Source: Balanoglossus misakiensis
Lineage: Eukaryota > Animalia > Hemichordata
DNA length: 64,000 bases
NCBI GenBank assembly: GCA_040954595.2
Contig: CM082587.2
Location: 7,491,705 to 7,555,704 of the forward strand
Reading direction: 5' to 3'
A program made the position numbers and the translations under genes. Below are positions 13,819 through 28,200 of the stretch, one piece after another. The notes under the pieces are model-generated. The model saw only the letters and a list, made by a program, of their open reading frames with translations. It had not been told where the DNA came from and searched no databases. The stretch's first letter is position 1, and each line of letters starts with the position of its first letter.

Positions 13819-16800
13819 ATGGCTTCCTCGAGAAGCTGTAAAACGATACAAGCTTGTCGTGGAATACCTTTGACGATAACCTTCATCGCCACATTCGTGA
13901 TGTTGTCGACGACATTACTACAGCAAGCAGGTAAGACACAGTACTATTGGTTTCAGAAACTTTTAAATTCCTCAAAAGTGGAGCTAATAAATATTATTTT
14001 GTTATTGTTCAATATAATGATTGTCACAAGAACACGATTTGATTTCCAGGTTGCATCGCCGTTTTCGGGCGGAAGTATCACCCTTCAGCCTACAAGTTTT
14101 GTAAGCGATTAGGTCTTCGCCTTGTTAAAGACGACAGCGAAAGAAGACACACAGCTATAGTAAACACTTTAGAGGAACGAGGCATCGCACACCACAGATT
14201 CTTGATAGATGGTCGGCTAACTGACAATGGAAGCGTAGTCACGACAAGCGACGGGGAAATTTTGACGCACAAGCCCTGGGATGCAGATTTTCCTATTAGT
14301 GAAGGAACGTGTCTTCAGCTAGCGTGAGTTGAGCGGTTTCAAAATAATATGAAATATGAAAATTTATGTATTGTTGGTTATTATAATGTGGATTAATTTG
14401 AAGCAATCACATAGCACGTGGAGAAGCACTCGATCTTTAAAAATTATCAATAAGGACAGACTTGACTGAACATTTGTAGATATCCAGATGGGCAATTTCT
14501 TCAGAACACATTTTGAATTTCTGTTTCAATTGTGCACCCGTACCTCGATTTAAGTTTTCTCGGAAACTTCAATTGGCAACATTGAAATATGTCAAGAGTT
14601 GTCTCATCGTTACTCGTTGAACACAATATATTCTCTGCTAAATGTGGTACAATATTTGAATTCATTTGTCTATTTTCTTTACATTTTAAATCAAGTTCAC
14701 CCAATTCTCCATTGTTTTCCGCGCGTAATCATTTTTAAGGGAAAGCGTCGTAAACGTTGACTGGCGTTAAATATACTTCATGAATTTTTAATTCCCAGAA
14801 ATGGCAAGTGGAGAAATTACGAGTGTAATCGCGGCTATAGGGTTTTATGTGAAAACGCAAGTAAGTCATAGTTTAATGCAGTTCTTAAATTTACATGGTT
14901 CATGGTGTTCATGGTGAATGATCTACCTATCTTTCGTTTATTCACTTTATATCAATTTTTTCTATGTATATGAAACAAACACCTTTTTAAAGGGAAAATT
15001 TTCTCTATTTTATGCTAACATCCATTAAATATTTACACCGGAACAATCAGTAACTCATACAATGTCCAGACATAGGTTGAAGAATAGCAATAGCTATGTT
15101 TTTGAGCTATACGGTCACGGCATAAGATTGGATTTACGTCTGGCCGTATGCGAGATTTGTACCAGCCGCCATTTTGAATTCCGGCTCAGTTGCAAGCAGT
15201 GTAAAATCACCGTGTTGTTCATTTTGACAAGTGTTTTTACTCTCGTGTCTACAAGCGTATAAAACATAATTAATGGGAAAGAGGGCAGCGAGAGAGAAAC
15301 TTTGTCTCTTTAAGTGGTATACAAACTGTATTTGGTTTAATTACGGAATACTTAGACAATTATCGGCGTGTGGTTTTTTTTGTCGTCGATTTCCTTGAAT
15401 AAGGACGACGAAAAAAGGTGCCAAATCAAAGTAGACCTTTGTTTTACGGGATCCGAATGTTACGGGAAAGAAATGACGTTTTTATTTCATTTGCAGCTTC
15501 GTTCGACTTAACTACCACACTGACGAGGGGTTGGGTGGCTGCACGCCAGCTGTGTGAGAAGTTTGGTTTACGTCTTCTTACCGACACAACTAAATGTAAA
15601 GTCAAGCGGTCCTGTGGGTGCCATAAATGGGTGAGTGGCGTATGGATTGATGCCACCATCACGGCAAATGGCACTGTGAAGACTGCCAGCGGTTTGATAT
15701 TGGAACACACGCCTTTTGCTCCCAACCAGAACCTTGTCGTCGGATCGTGTATTTGCGTAAAGTGAGTCGCTGTCTGTTCACGCTATTTTCCACAATGCCA
15801 GAACAGTGGTTTTCATTGCTTTGGTGACGTTAAAGGTATACCTGTTCAAATTTAGCTAGAGTTGACATGGCTGCACGCATAATGACTTTATTCAATATAT
15901 TCAATAATGCAAGCTCTTGCCTTATGACCAACCTGACATCATTATAGCTCGGGTATGATCAAAATTATGCTCAAGCATTACCATTCAAAGTGCAGATTCT
16001 CTCAAAGTCATGGTATTGCCCTCGCTAACATTGTGTTATTATTTACATACAGGTCTAAATGTGAATGGTTCACTGACGACTGTAATAAATTCAAAACGGT
16101 TGTGTGCGAGGATAACAGTAAGTATTTTGACACATCAGCAGTATGGCTAGTAAATATTTATTTTCCTTTTTTTGCATAGGGGACAACCCCTGTAACTCTG
16201 CCGTGCGCATACTTTCAATAACGTCACTTTATGGAACGTACACAAATACATACGAATGATAACTATAGTTATCCGCGTGGAAAAAAAAGTCCGGTGAAAA
16301 TTTGCCAATGTTTGTATAAATGGACCATATTTTGATGATTCGACTGTACGTTGCATCTCGCGATAAATCTTGTATGAGATATTTTCCACGTTTCATTAAG
16401 TATGCACAGGTTGAGAAATGCGTGACATTTTAATTGAATTATTTACCACCGTCGTAAGATGAAAAGAAAGAAATGAATTAATATTAATCTTGGTGCTTCA
16501 GGTAAACGGATAAATTAATCAAAAGTAGTGGTATTAATCCTCAATACGTTCCCGTCATAACCACTGGAGATATATGTATACTATTATGTTGGTTTCGGCA
16601 TATTGTCTAGCAAACATATTTTTCTCCTGAGTGCACATTTGATATATGTTTAACACATTGTCTTTAATACCTCATTCACACCCAGTTTAAGAGAGATCCG
16701 AAGTAGATCTTGATATGGTCACGTTTCTTACTCTCGAACTTCGCAAGTTCAAGAGTAAGTAGGCACACACTAATTAATGTATGGCGTTACTATTACATGT

Positions 16801-19800
16801 ACTTAGGACTGTAAGTTATAAGATGAAAGGGAAAAGATTGGATTGATCGTGTTGCTAAAGGAAACGGATAAATTAAACAACAAGGATGTTGACAACAGGG
16901 TTGACGTCACAAACTGGGGAGATTATGTAAAATACATTTGTTATGACACTATTCATACATATTTAGCATTCAGTGTTGAACATGTCTACTGAGGGAACGT
17001 GTGATAAATCTCTGTGCTATTTGAAGTCAAGAGTGCCTTCGCAATTTAAAAATACATTTCATAATATTTTGCCACCTCTCCCGTCATGTCCACTTCAGAT
17101 TTGCAAAATCCAGACGATGATTTGCTTCTGCTACAGGAGAGGTTGGTCGAGATAAGTGCCGATGAATTCAGAACAGCAGTTATGGTAAGAAAAGCGTCAA
17201 TCATTTGAAAGTGATGTGAATGAAGTATATTGTATGCATTGTATAAATCCACAAGTAAGCGAAATGCACTTGTGCGTACATTTAAAATCCTCATGGGACA
17301 GGAGTATTTTATGACAACTAAAGTTATATACTAAATAATTCCACATAAATCTTGAAAGCTACAAACTAAATAATTGTGTATTCTTTTGCCAGGGTAATAG
17401 TGTAATTGACAAGATAGACACTTTAACCTCTGACCTTTCAAATAAAATTGTCATATCTGAAGGAAGAGTTCTATTTGCAAAAGGTATTGTTGTATTTTGT
17501 TGTTTTAATCAAGGGGATTCTGTGCCAATCCGTATCCATCACAACACCGTCCGCATTCAATATCATCCAATGATGTAAATACGATTAGATAGTGGACGTC
17601 AAATATGCTATGTGCGGCTTTGAGAAAAATCGAGAATTGGACAAGTCCTACTCAGTGTTAGATTTTACACTGAAATAGAAGTAGAAAGAAAGGACTCTAT
17701 TGTCTCTTCATCATTTTCTCTTGTTCGTTATCTCTATTGGATATACAAGAAATGAAACTCTCATTATCCAAAGAGCATTGTTGAAATAGCCGAGACAGAC
17801 AGGCATGCAGACAGACAGACAGACAGACAGAGTGAGGAAGTTATAAATGTCAATTAATGATTACGTATTTCAGAAACACTGAATGTCATGCAAAACGTGT
17901 TAGACAGAATGCAGTCCCTGATTGACCTAAATCCTAGCGAGAAGCTGAATACGGGGCAGACAAACCACCTGACAACGAAAACAACGAAAATATTCGACCA
18001 GTTAGCAACGTTTCTACTGAAGGAGGCTAATTGTGGACATGGACCAGTTGTCGTGAAAACTTCTTCTCTTGTGCTGCATCTGGAAAAGGGCTTTGCGGAG
18101 GACTTGTGCAACGTCAATGTGATGCTTGGAGATGGAAGTGGGTTCATTATTCCACCAGCAGACAGTATGTTTCCACAATTGTCCCAGGACACAGTCTTGA
18201 ACAGGATGGTTTGTATATACAATGTCGATAATAGGAAGAAAATATGACTGTTGTTTCCTGTCACACATTGCTCTATTCTGTTATACTGATATTTGTATAA
18301 CTCTTGGTCTTTAAGGCTCTGCCGCAAGTTAAATTAAATGCGACGTCCCCGGGGGCTTTCTGCCATCATGGGAATGGACTAGGCTGATATGTGTGTTGCA
18401 TCAATGCACCTCTTGTCCATTTTTACAAAAAAAAATATCTTACTTATGGGGATCTTGGGTCTAATGTACGATTTTTGTTTTGTGTTCTCATACTGGAGGA
18501 ATTAAAGTAGTATGTTTGTTTTCAGATTTTCCGTTTCGGTGGGAAACTCCACAGATTGGCAAATGGGACGCTTGGCTTCACAGGTGATATACTGTCCCTG
18601 GAATTCAGACATGAAAATGGTTGTGACATAAAAGGTTGGTTTTCACAAATACTATCATTGGTAGAACAACATGAAACAATAGCACCCGGCCGAGGTCGCG
18701 TATACTACGAGATACAGCCAATTCACGACAGGTGTGCACGAGACGCAGGCGAGTGCATTTATGGAGAGAATTGTGCTGTTGTATACCCATCCTCAGCGGG
18801 GGTTATTGCTAATATTTTATTTTAACTTCATTTTGTTTTTTTCTATACATTATTATTAATAAAACGTTAATTGCTAACATTGTGGATGTTAGCAATTACT
18901 AATAAAACTCAATCACATTTCCAGATAAAATTGCGCCATTAAAACAAAAAAATGATACTTTCATGTTAACTACTGTACCCAGAAACCCAGAGATAAAATT
19001 ACATTACTCGCTCACATTGTCAGCACGTTTAATATAAATCACAGAAGAATTTCATTTTCAGTGAAAAATGCTTTAGCAGACATTGGCGTATGGCTTGGTA
19101 ATTACCAGATGCCACGAAATGACAGCGTCGTCTCGGGATGGTGGGTGAACAGTGAAGCAGTCACTCAATATGCACTGACAGTAACGGTAAACCTCACACT
19201 TTATTTGAAATTATAATATACCCCATGCTAATACTGTGCCGTGATTCGCCAGAATCCGTCACGTGATAGGAAAATAGAATCGACTATGAACCGCTAGGGA
19301 AATAGCAGAAAAAATATAAACCGGTCACGTGACCAGCGTGAGTGCGCAGACTCGGTCACGTCAATCAGCGTCGCGTCGTCTGACACAATGGCCACCACTG
19401 AAGATGTCGTCTGCCAATCTCAAGAGAAAATTGCATGATTTTCCCAGCTGTTAGCATGAGGTTTATTATAAAACACCTATAGCCTGGCCTATATTCGGGC
19501 CATAGCAGCCGTTTTTACCCCCTCGTGACTGTGAGTTACCAGAATCATTAGCCATTTACCAGAATCATTAGCTAATCATATTAGCATATGATTCTGGTAA
19601 CTCACAGCCCCTCGGGTGTAATAAACGGCCGCTATGGCCCTCATGGCCAGGCAATAGGTGTTCACTATAAACCAAGTATTGAACGTTCTGCAATCTACTA
19701 TTTAACATTACCATTCATACCACCTTTAATAATGTAATGGGATAAATGTCATTGTGGTCTATACATATCTCCAGGGCATGAAGTTGTTGCCATAGTTCCC

Positions 19801-21587
19801 AGGAACTAGACACGATACCCTTAGGGGGTCCTATAGTAGAGTAGAAAGGCCACCTGGATAACTCTGCATTCCTTATAAACGACGTCGACAACTTTATTCC
19901 GTAACCACAACTGACATATTTCACACAGTGAAACAAAACAAACATTCTAACTTTAACGCAATTTCTCAGTTTGAGAACACAGTGAGACAACGTATAACTT
20001 GTCATTCGTACCATTGTATTATTATACCAACGCGTGTGATTCCTATTAGCTGTCCAGTAAGCTCGCACATACTCAAATTTCTTGTCATTATTTGCAGGTG
20101 GACACGGCCATAAATGTCAAGTTTCTTCAATTATAGTTCTTTCACCTAGAGTTTTGACACTCTGATAAAAAAATGTGTGAACGCCACTTTCAAAATTAAC
20201 ACAGTGATATTATTACCTGACAAATTTCATTGTGTAGAATTTATTTTGTTGTAGGCACTATCGACTTTCTCTGCAATTCAAATCACGATGGAAGCATCAG
20301 TACCTATCTTCGAGACAACTACAGCGTATGTTACACTGGAGAGACTTGACGCCGACGTTGGCAACAATTGTTTCCATTATGCAACCGAGTTGGTATTTGC
20401 CAGGGGAACATCATCCTTATTTCTACCAGAAGCAAAGATTACCAAAACGGGCTTATATTACGTTGCCTTCAACATCTCAAGTGGTAAGCGTCTGTATATC
20501 TATCTGTTTGATTCTCAGATTTAATGATTCTTGTGTTAAAACGACCGCAGATCAAAACATTTATGCCACGAATGTATGCTATTTAGAGGTTATACACGGC
20601 AAGCGAGGGTATTTGGTTGCTTATAAATATTCATTATATTTATAAGACCTCACAGGTGAAAATTAGCATAATTGGCGGGAAATAATCACCGACCGAAACT
20701 GGATTCTGACTAATCATATTATAATTCAAGTTCTCCTATTTAAGAGCTCTGGATTCAATGCTAAGAGGTACTGACATAGCTAAGGGAATACACCTAAAAA
20801 TAGCTTGATACTAATAGATAAATTACATGTACTTATTGAAGTACATCCAAGACGATTTAAGATGTAATAGGTGGATTAAATGGTTCTAGACCGTAATTAT
20901 CTTTTCCATCCATACAGCCTACGAGATTGACATCAAGGCTATCACTACTGAACACAGATGCATCTACTTCGTTGAGAATAATTGGCACAATGACGACTGC
21001 AAGGTATAAAGCGTTGTTATTTTGTCTTATTGTACTCGACCTTAACAATGAGACTACTTTATTTGCTAATTCGGTTTGTCAAAACTCACTCTAAATTCAA
21101 GATACAGTTTGCAGTTAAAAATATAACTGAGCATTTTTTAAACAGCAACGGTCACAGAATCAACCAATTTCAACTCCGAATAGTAGAATTTAAAATCTCG
21201 TATTAGTTGTGCAAATAGTGATCTCGACATATGTGACAAGGCAGGTAGTTGTCTATATATCCTATTCGATTATTACTTAAACTGATTGTACCAATTTGGT
21301 TATTCTACCAATATGACTATACCGCCGCAATGGTGTGGTCCATACATCCACAGTCATAAAGCCTTTGGTCTCCATAATGTTGTTAAATGCAAATCACATG
21401 CTCTTGTCAATAAACTGATAGCTATACAACAGTTCTTAATTGTTGTCAGCAAAAGATATGTTTATTTAAAGGCATGTTTAAATGAACGTGCTCAGTATTT
21501 TTTATGAACATTTTGCAGGTGTCACCAAAATCCAACATCAATTCTACCCTGTGTTTGTGTAATCACCTGACTGCTTCACGGCAATAG
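13819..21587 (+). CDS. Polycystin-1/REJ-like ectodomain-only protein A: hydrophobic leader, 2 C-type lectin domains, GAIN, GPS; 14 exons, about 656 aa
   Basis: Exons 13819-13930, 14050-14323, 14799-14860, 15497-15761, 16053-16117, 16692-16754, 17099-17184, 17393-17483, 17874-18208, 18526-18634, 19062-19186, 20255-20483, 20918-21003, 21519-21587, all phase-compatible (exon 6 acceptor least certain). CTL patterns (A..FC..LGL.L, WIDA, W...C....vCE); GPS CIYF...W..DDC...CLCNHLT. Confidence 0.82.
19466..19670. mobile_element. Long imperfect hairpin, probable end of a non-autonomous element (may start near 19210)
   Basis: ttataaaacacctatagcctggcc...ggccaggcaataggtgttcactataa, with nested arms ctgtgagttaccagaatcat / atgattctggtaactcacag. 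Confidence 0.65.
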
Positions 21588-21691
21588 TGAGAATCGTTTA
21601 ATCTTATGGACGATGCCACGATTAGCGCAGGGGAGTCCGGTTGGTCCTAAGGGGTGACAATGCGAAGCGCATGCTGCAGAAGTTATGGTTT

Positions 21692-21935
21692 ACTGTTCAA
21701 GATGTTTTCATTATATTAGATGTCTTTTCAATTAAATTTGAATGTTCAAGATGTTTCCATTATTTTAGATGTCTTTTCAAGTACATTTTATTATTCAAGA
21801 TGTATTCATTATATTAGATGTCTTTTCAAGTACATTTAACTATTCAAGATGAATTCATTATATTAGATGTCCTTTCAAGTACATGTACATTTGACTGTTC
21901 AAGATATTTTCATTATTTTTGATGTCTTTTCAAAT
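21692..21935. repeat. About 50-bp degenerate tandem repeat
   Basis: Repeated ttcaagatg..ttcattatattagatgtcttttcaa units. Confidence 0.85.
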
Positions 21936-24000
21936 ACGTATCATTGAAAGTATCCATTTTGTCGTCAATTGTAGCATATAGTTAATATGTTTTGCACCAG
22001 GTATTTTATTGATACAATGTATAATAATGGAAAAGCCTTGTAGTGAGGCTAGCCATGGGCACACTTATGATGACTCTTACGATGATAAGCAATACTTGTA
22101 CTTGCAAAATTTCTGTAAAATGTATATTGCTTGATTGGATAGGTTAAAGGCCTTTTCCTCGATCCCAGGGCAGTACAATGAAGGCAAACAAGAAAGCCTT
22201 TGTGTTAGCATGTAACTGTTTATTGGAAACAAAAGATTTGACCAACTGTTGAGAAGGGCCTTTAAAATCGTTTGAAAAATTTGTGTATAATCTACATAGT
22301 GGCAGACGATCGAATTTTGGAATGTGGATATGGGGGGAATGAATAATGTCGTATTTTGGGTAGATTTTGCAGATATTTTCTTACCAATTGTACTGCATGT
22401 TTTGAATTCATAGGCATTTATCAGCACACCCACCATCTCCCTCGTCAGAAGTCATCTAAATAATGCAAGTGTGAAATACAGATGATGTGAGTCGCGGTAA
22501 ACTAATGCAAATTTTATTTCTAGAATTGCAAAGTTTGAGAATAAGAATGCGACCATGAATAAATTAAAGCCACTCTCCAACTTTAAGCTATACCCCCGAG
22601 CTTCTTAGCAGTGGTTTAACCTCTGGGAAACTGCATTGTAACATTATCATTAATGTAGACAGGGCTCAAAGGCAAGGCATTAAACATATATCAATTGTAC
22701 ACGCAAGAGAAATGTACATGTATGTTTGCAAGAAAATACGCCGAATTTCTACAAATTGTGTCCAACTGATGTTTTATGCATATATCTCCACTGGTTATCG
22801 CATGGACACTTTAATGATTAATCTATCTATTTATCGGACGCAACAAGTTATTCTTCTTTATCTTACGGCAGTCATAAATACATAAATAGAAATGTCACAT
22901 TTTTAAAATCTCATACAAGATTCATCGCAAGATGCACGCTCGAATAATCCACGTGGATACATTTATTTATCATTCGTATGCATTTGTCTACATTCCATAT
23001 TATATTAAAAGTATGCACACTACAGGGCTACACAGGTGGTCGAATATACAAGAAAGAGAAAACGTATGAACTACAGACTTTGTGCTGATGTCTCAAGAAA
23101 ACTTAATCTTATCCTCGCGATTAGATTTTTTTTATTACAGTCGCCACCAAACTGTTCTTATTTCTCAATAACACACATTTTTAAAGAATAAATGTTAAAA
23201 ACTTTTGAAGTATTTAATTGTTAATTTAATTATTATACGACAAATAGAGCTATTATATTCCAGAAACAATTTTTCTCCGAGTCTGAGAGCTTTTTTTTCT
23301 TCTGGTGTAATATAATTTAGCGTTGTAACCAATTCATTATGGTGTGTAATTACTTTGATGAATGCAATAATAATTAAAACGTTAATAAATAATGTGTGCG
23401 AGTATAGATTACACAATATGAATGATCACAATGCGTAGTCCATATTAACATTACATGTAAATCGCCTTACTACACGACGGTTGATAGTGCAAAGAAAAAG
23501 AAAAAGGTGTGAAAATCATCTGTGGTTTCTAGAACAGAGGTTTCCACATTTCACAATCACGTTAATCACTGCCTGTTCCACTCGAGGCGCGGGATGGTAA
23601 AGATATGGGGGTCAAACACACACACCATTAAGACGGTTCTGAAGCGCCTCAGATCAGATACCGTCTTAAAAAATCACGTGTGGACGGTGCGTATAGTGGT
23701 TCTGAAACGGCTTAGATTTGAGACGGCTTTGTCGGTCAGACCCGAGCCGGTGTAAGGATTAACACCTCTCCGCAACCCCTTGCCTATATGACTGAGCATC
23801 AGCGCCTATACATATTTTTTTTTTGTGTGTATGGACACCAGCGACTCAAAGGATTAATGCTCTGTGTTTATCATAGGCAAATAGTGTCTAGAATGTTTTC
23901 GTGTGTGAAACTCAAGAGGATGACCCGTTGAAACACAGGAACTGGAATCAAGGCACACAAACAACAACTAATAAAGAAAGTAGAAAAAAGTCAATATTGT

Positions 24001-24190
24001 TGTTTAAATAAGACTTGAGTGAACGGCGTAAAGAAAGGGCAGACTCGGAGCGATGAAGGTCGAAAGGCAGATTATTCCATAATTTGGGACCAAACGATCT
24101 CTCGCCAAAAGACTTTGTGGAAACTCTTGGAATGCTGAGAAGTCTAGAATCTGATGATGATCGTATATGTCCTTGTGGGATGTACGCATG
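24001..24190 (-). mobile_element. 3' fragment of an L2/CR1-group LINE ORF2
   Basis: Minus strand reads IRSSSDSRLLSIPRVSTKSFGERSFGPKLWNNLPFDLHRSES...LRRSLKSYL, the typical L2 ORF2 C-terminus. Confidence 0.75.
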
Positions 24191-25245
24191 GTCTTTAATG
24201 ACTGCCTAACGCTTGTAGACAGGATAGAGCTATAACAAAATGACTGACTGGCAGCCATAATTGATAGCAATTGGGCTGCTAGTTTATTGTGGCCAATTCA
24301 TCATGGCGAGTAATTACTTTATTGAGCACAGTCATACATGATGAAAACGCCAATATACAGCATGCGAGCATTTTAATATGAATAAAAGCTATTATTGCTT
24401 TCACAATGTTCCAATTGGAATTCTCATTAGGCAAATTAGGGCTCCATACAGCCAAACCCTGATCTCGGGGGAATTATCCTTGTAAATTCAGCCGAGAGAG
24501 TATTGCAAAGTCGCTTGTGTATCCATGACTGCTTGTCAGAGCTATTGTGTGAAAATGTAAAAAAAAAATATCTCCAGAGGTCTCTTTAAATGTCAAAGCT
24601 TAATTATGGATACATGTAATGAAAGTGCTTTCTCGTTAGCTGTACACGAGATATACATTGCCGACTTTACTGGGAACGGTCTGGACAACATCAGAGGCAT
24701 CAGGTCGCATTCCCCATAGCCTAAGATTGCACTGAGGGCGTTTCTTTTCATAATTTCTTTTATTCGCAGGTCACCGTTACTAAAAACTTATAATTTCTTG
24801 CAATTTCAAAATAGAAACCGTGTACGTAACTTTTCGAAATATGACCACATGTCCTGATATATTCTGTAAACAAACAGACAGACAGACAGACTCGGATACA
24901 CAGCAATCAAACATTGCCACATGTGACGCGATCAAGTGTGACAATGAATGCCTGGCAACTGCAAGTATCTTGTTGTGACCAATTCATTATGTCGTGTAAC
25001 AAACGTTAATGAACACAGTCGGATGGACACGTCTATATACTATGAAGTGTTCGAGACAAGCAGTTTAATTGGCTATAACATGAATTCTAAATGAGCTTGG
25101 TCCATTGTAATTTTTTTTAATTAAAACGCTTTTAAACCGGGGTATATTGTAGTATAAAGGCAAGCAGTGGTGAAAATAGTCCAATAGTGCACACCCGTGT
25201 TTTGTTGAACAGAACTTTCTACAGCGTATCACCATCACTGACCAC

Positions 25246-25257
25246 GATATATATAGT
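25246..25257 (+). promoter_or_regulatory. Candidate TATA-like box of REJ-like gene B
   Basis: GATATATATAG about 30 nt before the predicted ATG at 25279; gene A has a similar CTATATATAA near 13725. Confidence 0.35.
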
Positions 25258-25278
25258 ATCGCTGTCGTCCCAGTAGTT

Positions 25279-28200
25279 ATGGGATTTAGCATGGTTGTCA
25301 AAGAGGTGAGTAAATTACTCTCGATATTCTCTGCAGTCATAGCAAAGATTTGCGTCTAAACATTCAACCACTGCTGCCTTCAATTGTCAGACTCCTTTCT
25401 CGCCTCATTGTCACTGAACATGTTAAAACTCCCTCCTGGTTTACTACAGAATTCAAAATACCTGCAACAAACGCCAAACTGGCAACACCGTATTTCTTTC
25501 ATGCCGGCGACACGTTATCTCTAAAATTGTAACAACGTCACAATTTAGTAGACAAAGAGGCACCCTTCCCCCATCCCAATTGGGATTATCAACCCGCCAT
25601 TGTCACCAAACAAGCCATGGTCCTTTTACGTCCAATAATTTAATTATGCGGTAATGCACCTATCAAGAAGAAACACGATGAAAGGCAGATATCCTATTAA
25701 TCCACTGAAAGCCACACCTATAAGATTTTAACACTGCAAATTGCAAATAATGCTTCATCGCTTAACAATTTGTAGAGTCAAAGATGGGATTGTTGCACTG
25801 AATTGTTTGTATTTACTTCTACATATATTCCCTGCCGTCAATATATGTCGATTTGATATTTAAATATTATTTCTTTCTTTTTTCTTTATATTTGACTCCT
25901 TTTATTTTTTAACTAAGCCATCAGATGCCGACTCATGTTTGCATGTAAACATACATGTTTTTATCTTTGACAAACACTTATTGTGATGAAAATTTCTTTA
26001 CCCCTGAATACAGAAATGTAAATGTTAAGTATAGATCAGAAATGTTCAAAAGAAAAACCGCTACTACAACAATTATACTACTTTCACTACTATACAGTAT
26101 CAACTATATTGTTTTTTTTTCAGATACACTTATGGAACATTTTGCTACTCTATGGATTATACGTCAATGGTGAGTTCAGTATCACTGTATTCCCCATGGG
26201 GACTGATGCCTGACATACAATTTATATTAAAGTGCATCTATTTGTTTGTTTGATGGTTTGTTTACAATAGAAAATGTCTATATCATCAATTCTCTGGTAT
26301 TGACACACATGTCTCGGTTTTATTATGCTTTCTGTTGGCCACTTGACTTGCAGCTTGTCAAGAGGGAGATCATTCGTTCCAGGCGTCGTGTTATAGTATT
26401 CAACCACAAATGGTAAACTTCTCGGCTGCCCGTGAGCATTGTGAGGAAATGGGATTTCGTCTCGTGAGTCTATCTTCGCCCGGGGAAGCTGATTTTCTAG
26501 CAGACCTCTTAACGAGTGTTCCAGCTCCGGCCGAAGAGTACTGGATCGGTGGATACAAGACATTCGGAACAGATAACTGGAATTGGGTAAATCAGGAACC
26601 GTGGCCGAGTTTTGGAATGTGGTACGCGCCAAATGGCTGTCTCAACAAGTATGATTGCGCTACCGTGCGGCGTGCTATGGCTTATAAGGCTGCCTCGCGC
26701 AAGTGTGAAACAGAAATCCACTATATTTGCGAGTACAATAATGGTAGGCATTTGATCTTTTGTATTTGGTACTTTAGAAGCATAAAGCGCATTTGGTGTG
26801 TATCATTGTAACAATTCAAAAAGTGGCCTTTAGTGCAATTAGCGCTATACATCGGAAGTTCTTAGACAAATCGTAGAAAACATTGCATAGATTGTCTTTT
26901 TCTAAAAAAGAGCACTGGATTTTAAGTGGTCTAGAATTATATCTCACTTGCGAGTTAGTGGACAGACATATGATTTTGTTTCGGGTCTGTAGCCCTGCCT
27001 TTGTGTCCTCTCAACAACAAAAAAAGTCAACGGAATGGCTGGGTTTCTGACCCTCAATGACACAATGTGATTAAGCCAAGCGTCGCATGAATGAATTAAG
27101 CATTTCCAGAAACACACCAGACGGACACAGACTGATAGAAATTGCTTCGACATAAGCCACGTGAGTGGACACATTGGCTAAATGAAAATAACGCGTAGAT
27201 AATGATTTAAAATGTAAGTTCAACACAAATATCAATTTTCATTTCCTTGATATTATACCATTCACAAACCTTATGCACCCCCCCCCCCCCTCGTGAATAT
27301 GCCACAATGATTTCAACCCGATGTGATTATATTTATTCCCAGAAATACGAGTGTTCCACCTTGGCGGTGCAAGATACTCCTTTACCTTCGGCTCAGCTGC
27401 AGACGCGTGTAGAGCTAACCAGGCACGTATGGCCACGTACGGTGAATTGGAAGACGCCTGGGAGAAAGGTCTTGGAAAATGTCGGGGTGGTTGGTTGGTT
27501 GGTGGACGAGTTGCATACCCCATGCAAACAGCGCACATTGCCTGCGGGAATAGAGTTGGGGTCATTGATTACGGATACAGACCTGCCAGTGCGTTGTTTG
27601 ACGTGTATTGTTATGCAGAAGGTGAGAAATGTTGCACTTTGGAATTTCACAAAAGTTTCTTTAGGCTCTTGATACTCTCTCTCTTAGCAAAATTGTCATA
27701 CGCAAGCGGGTATTTTTAATGGTATTAAATGTATATTTTCAGCCCCCAAATGGGTGCCATAGAAACACGCGTCATCAAAACGAACATCATATTTTTTGTA
27801 TTAACCACAGGTACATACATGGTGAAATATTAAGAGTGATCTAACTACTTTATAATGTGAAAAATATAAAATGTAAATTTATAATGAAAAAAGACATACC
27901 ATCCTTTTTTCACCCATGGTGATTTAGGAAAAAAACAGTTCATTTTCAGTCCCAACATGGTTGCCATGGAAACGTGATGTGAAAATAGACATAATATCAC
28001 TTTTTTCACCCAGGTGATGTAGGAAAAAAGTTCATTTTCAATCCAAAAATGGTTGCCATGGAAAGATGTCATGAAAATAGACACAATACTACTTTTTCAC
28101 CCAGAAACCGACTTAGTGAAATTTCCGAACCTACCTTAGCTACATCTTTGGAAAAGAAAAACTTACTGAACGGTTTACCTACATGTATCATCCCCACATC

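Noticed and set aside
26990-27180. Possible tRNA/SINE-like sequence
   Set aside because: I could not identify convincing A/B boxes or a cloverleaf.
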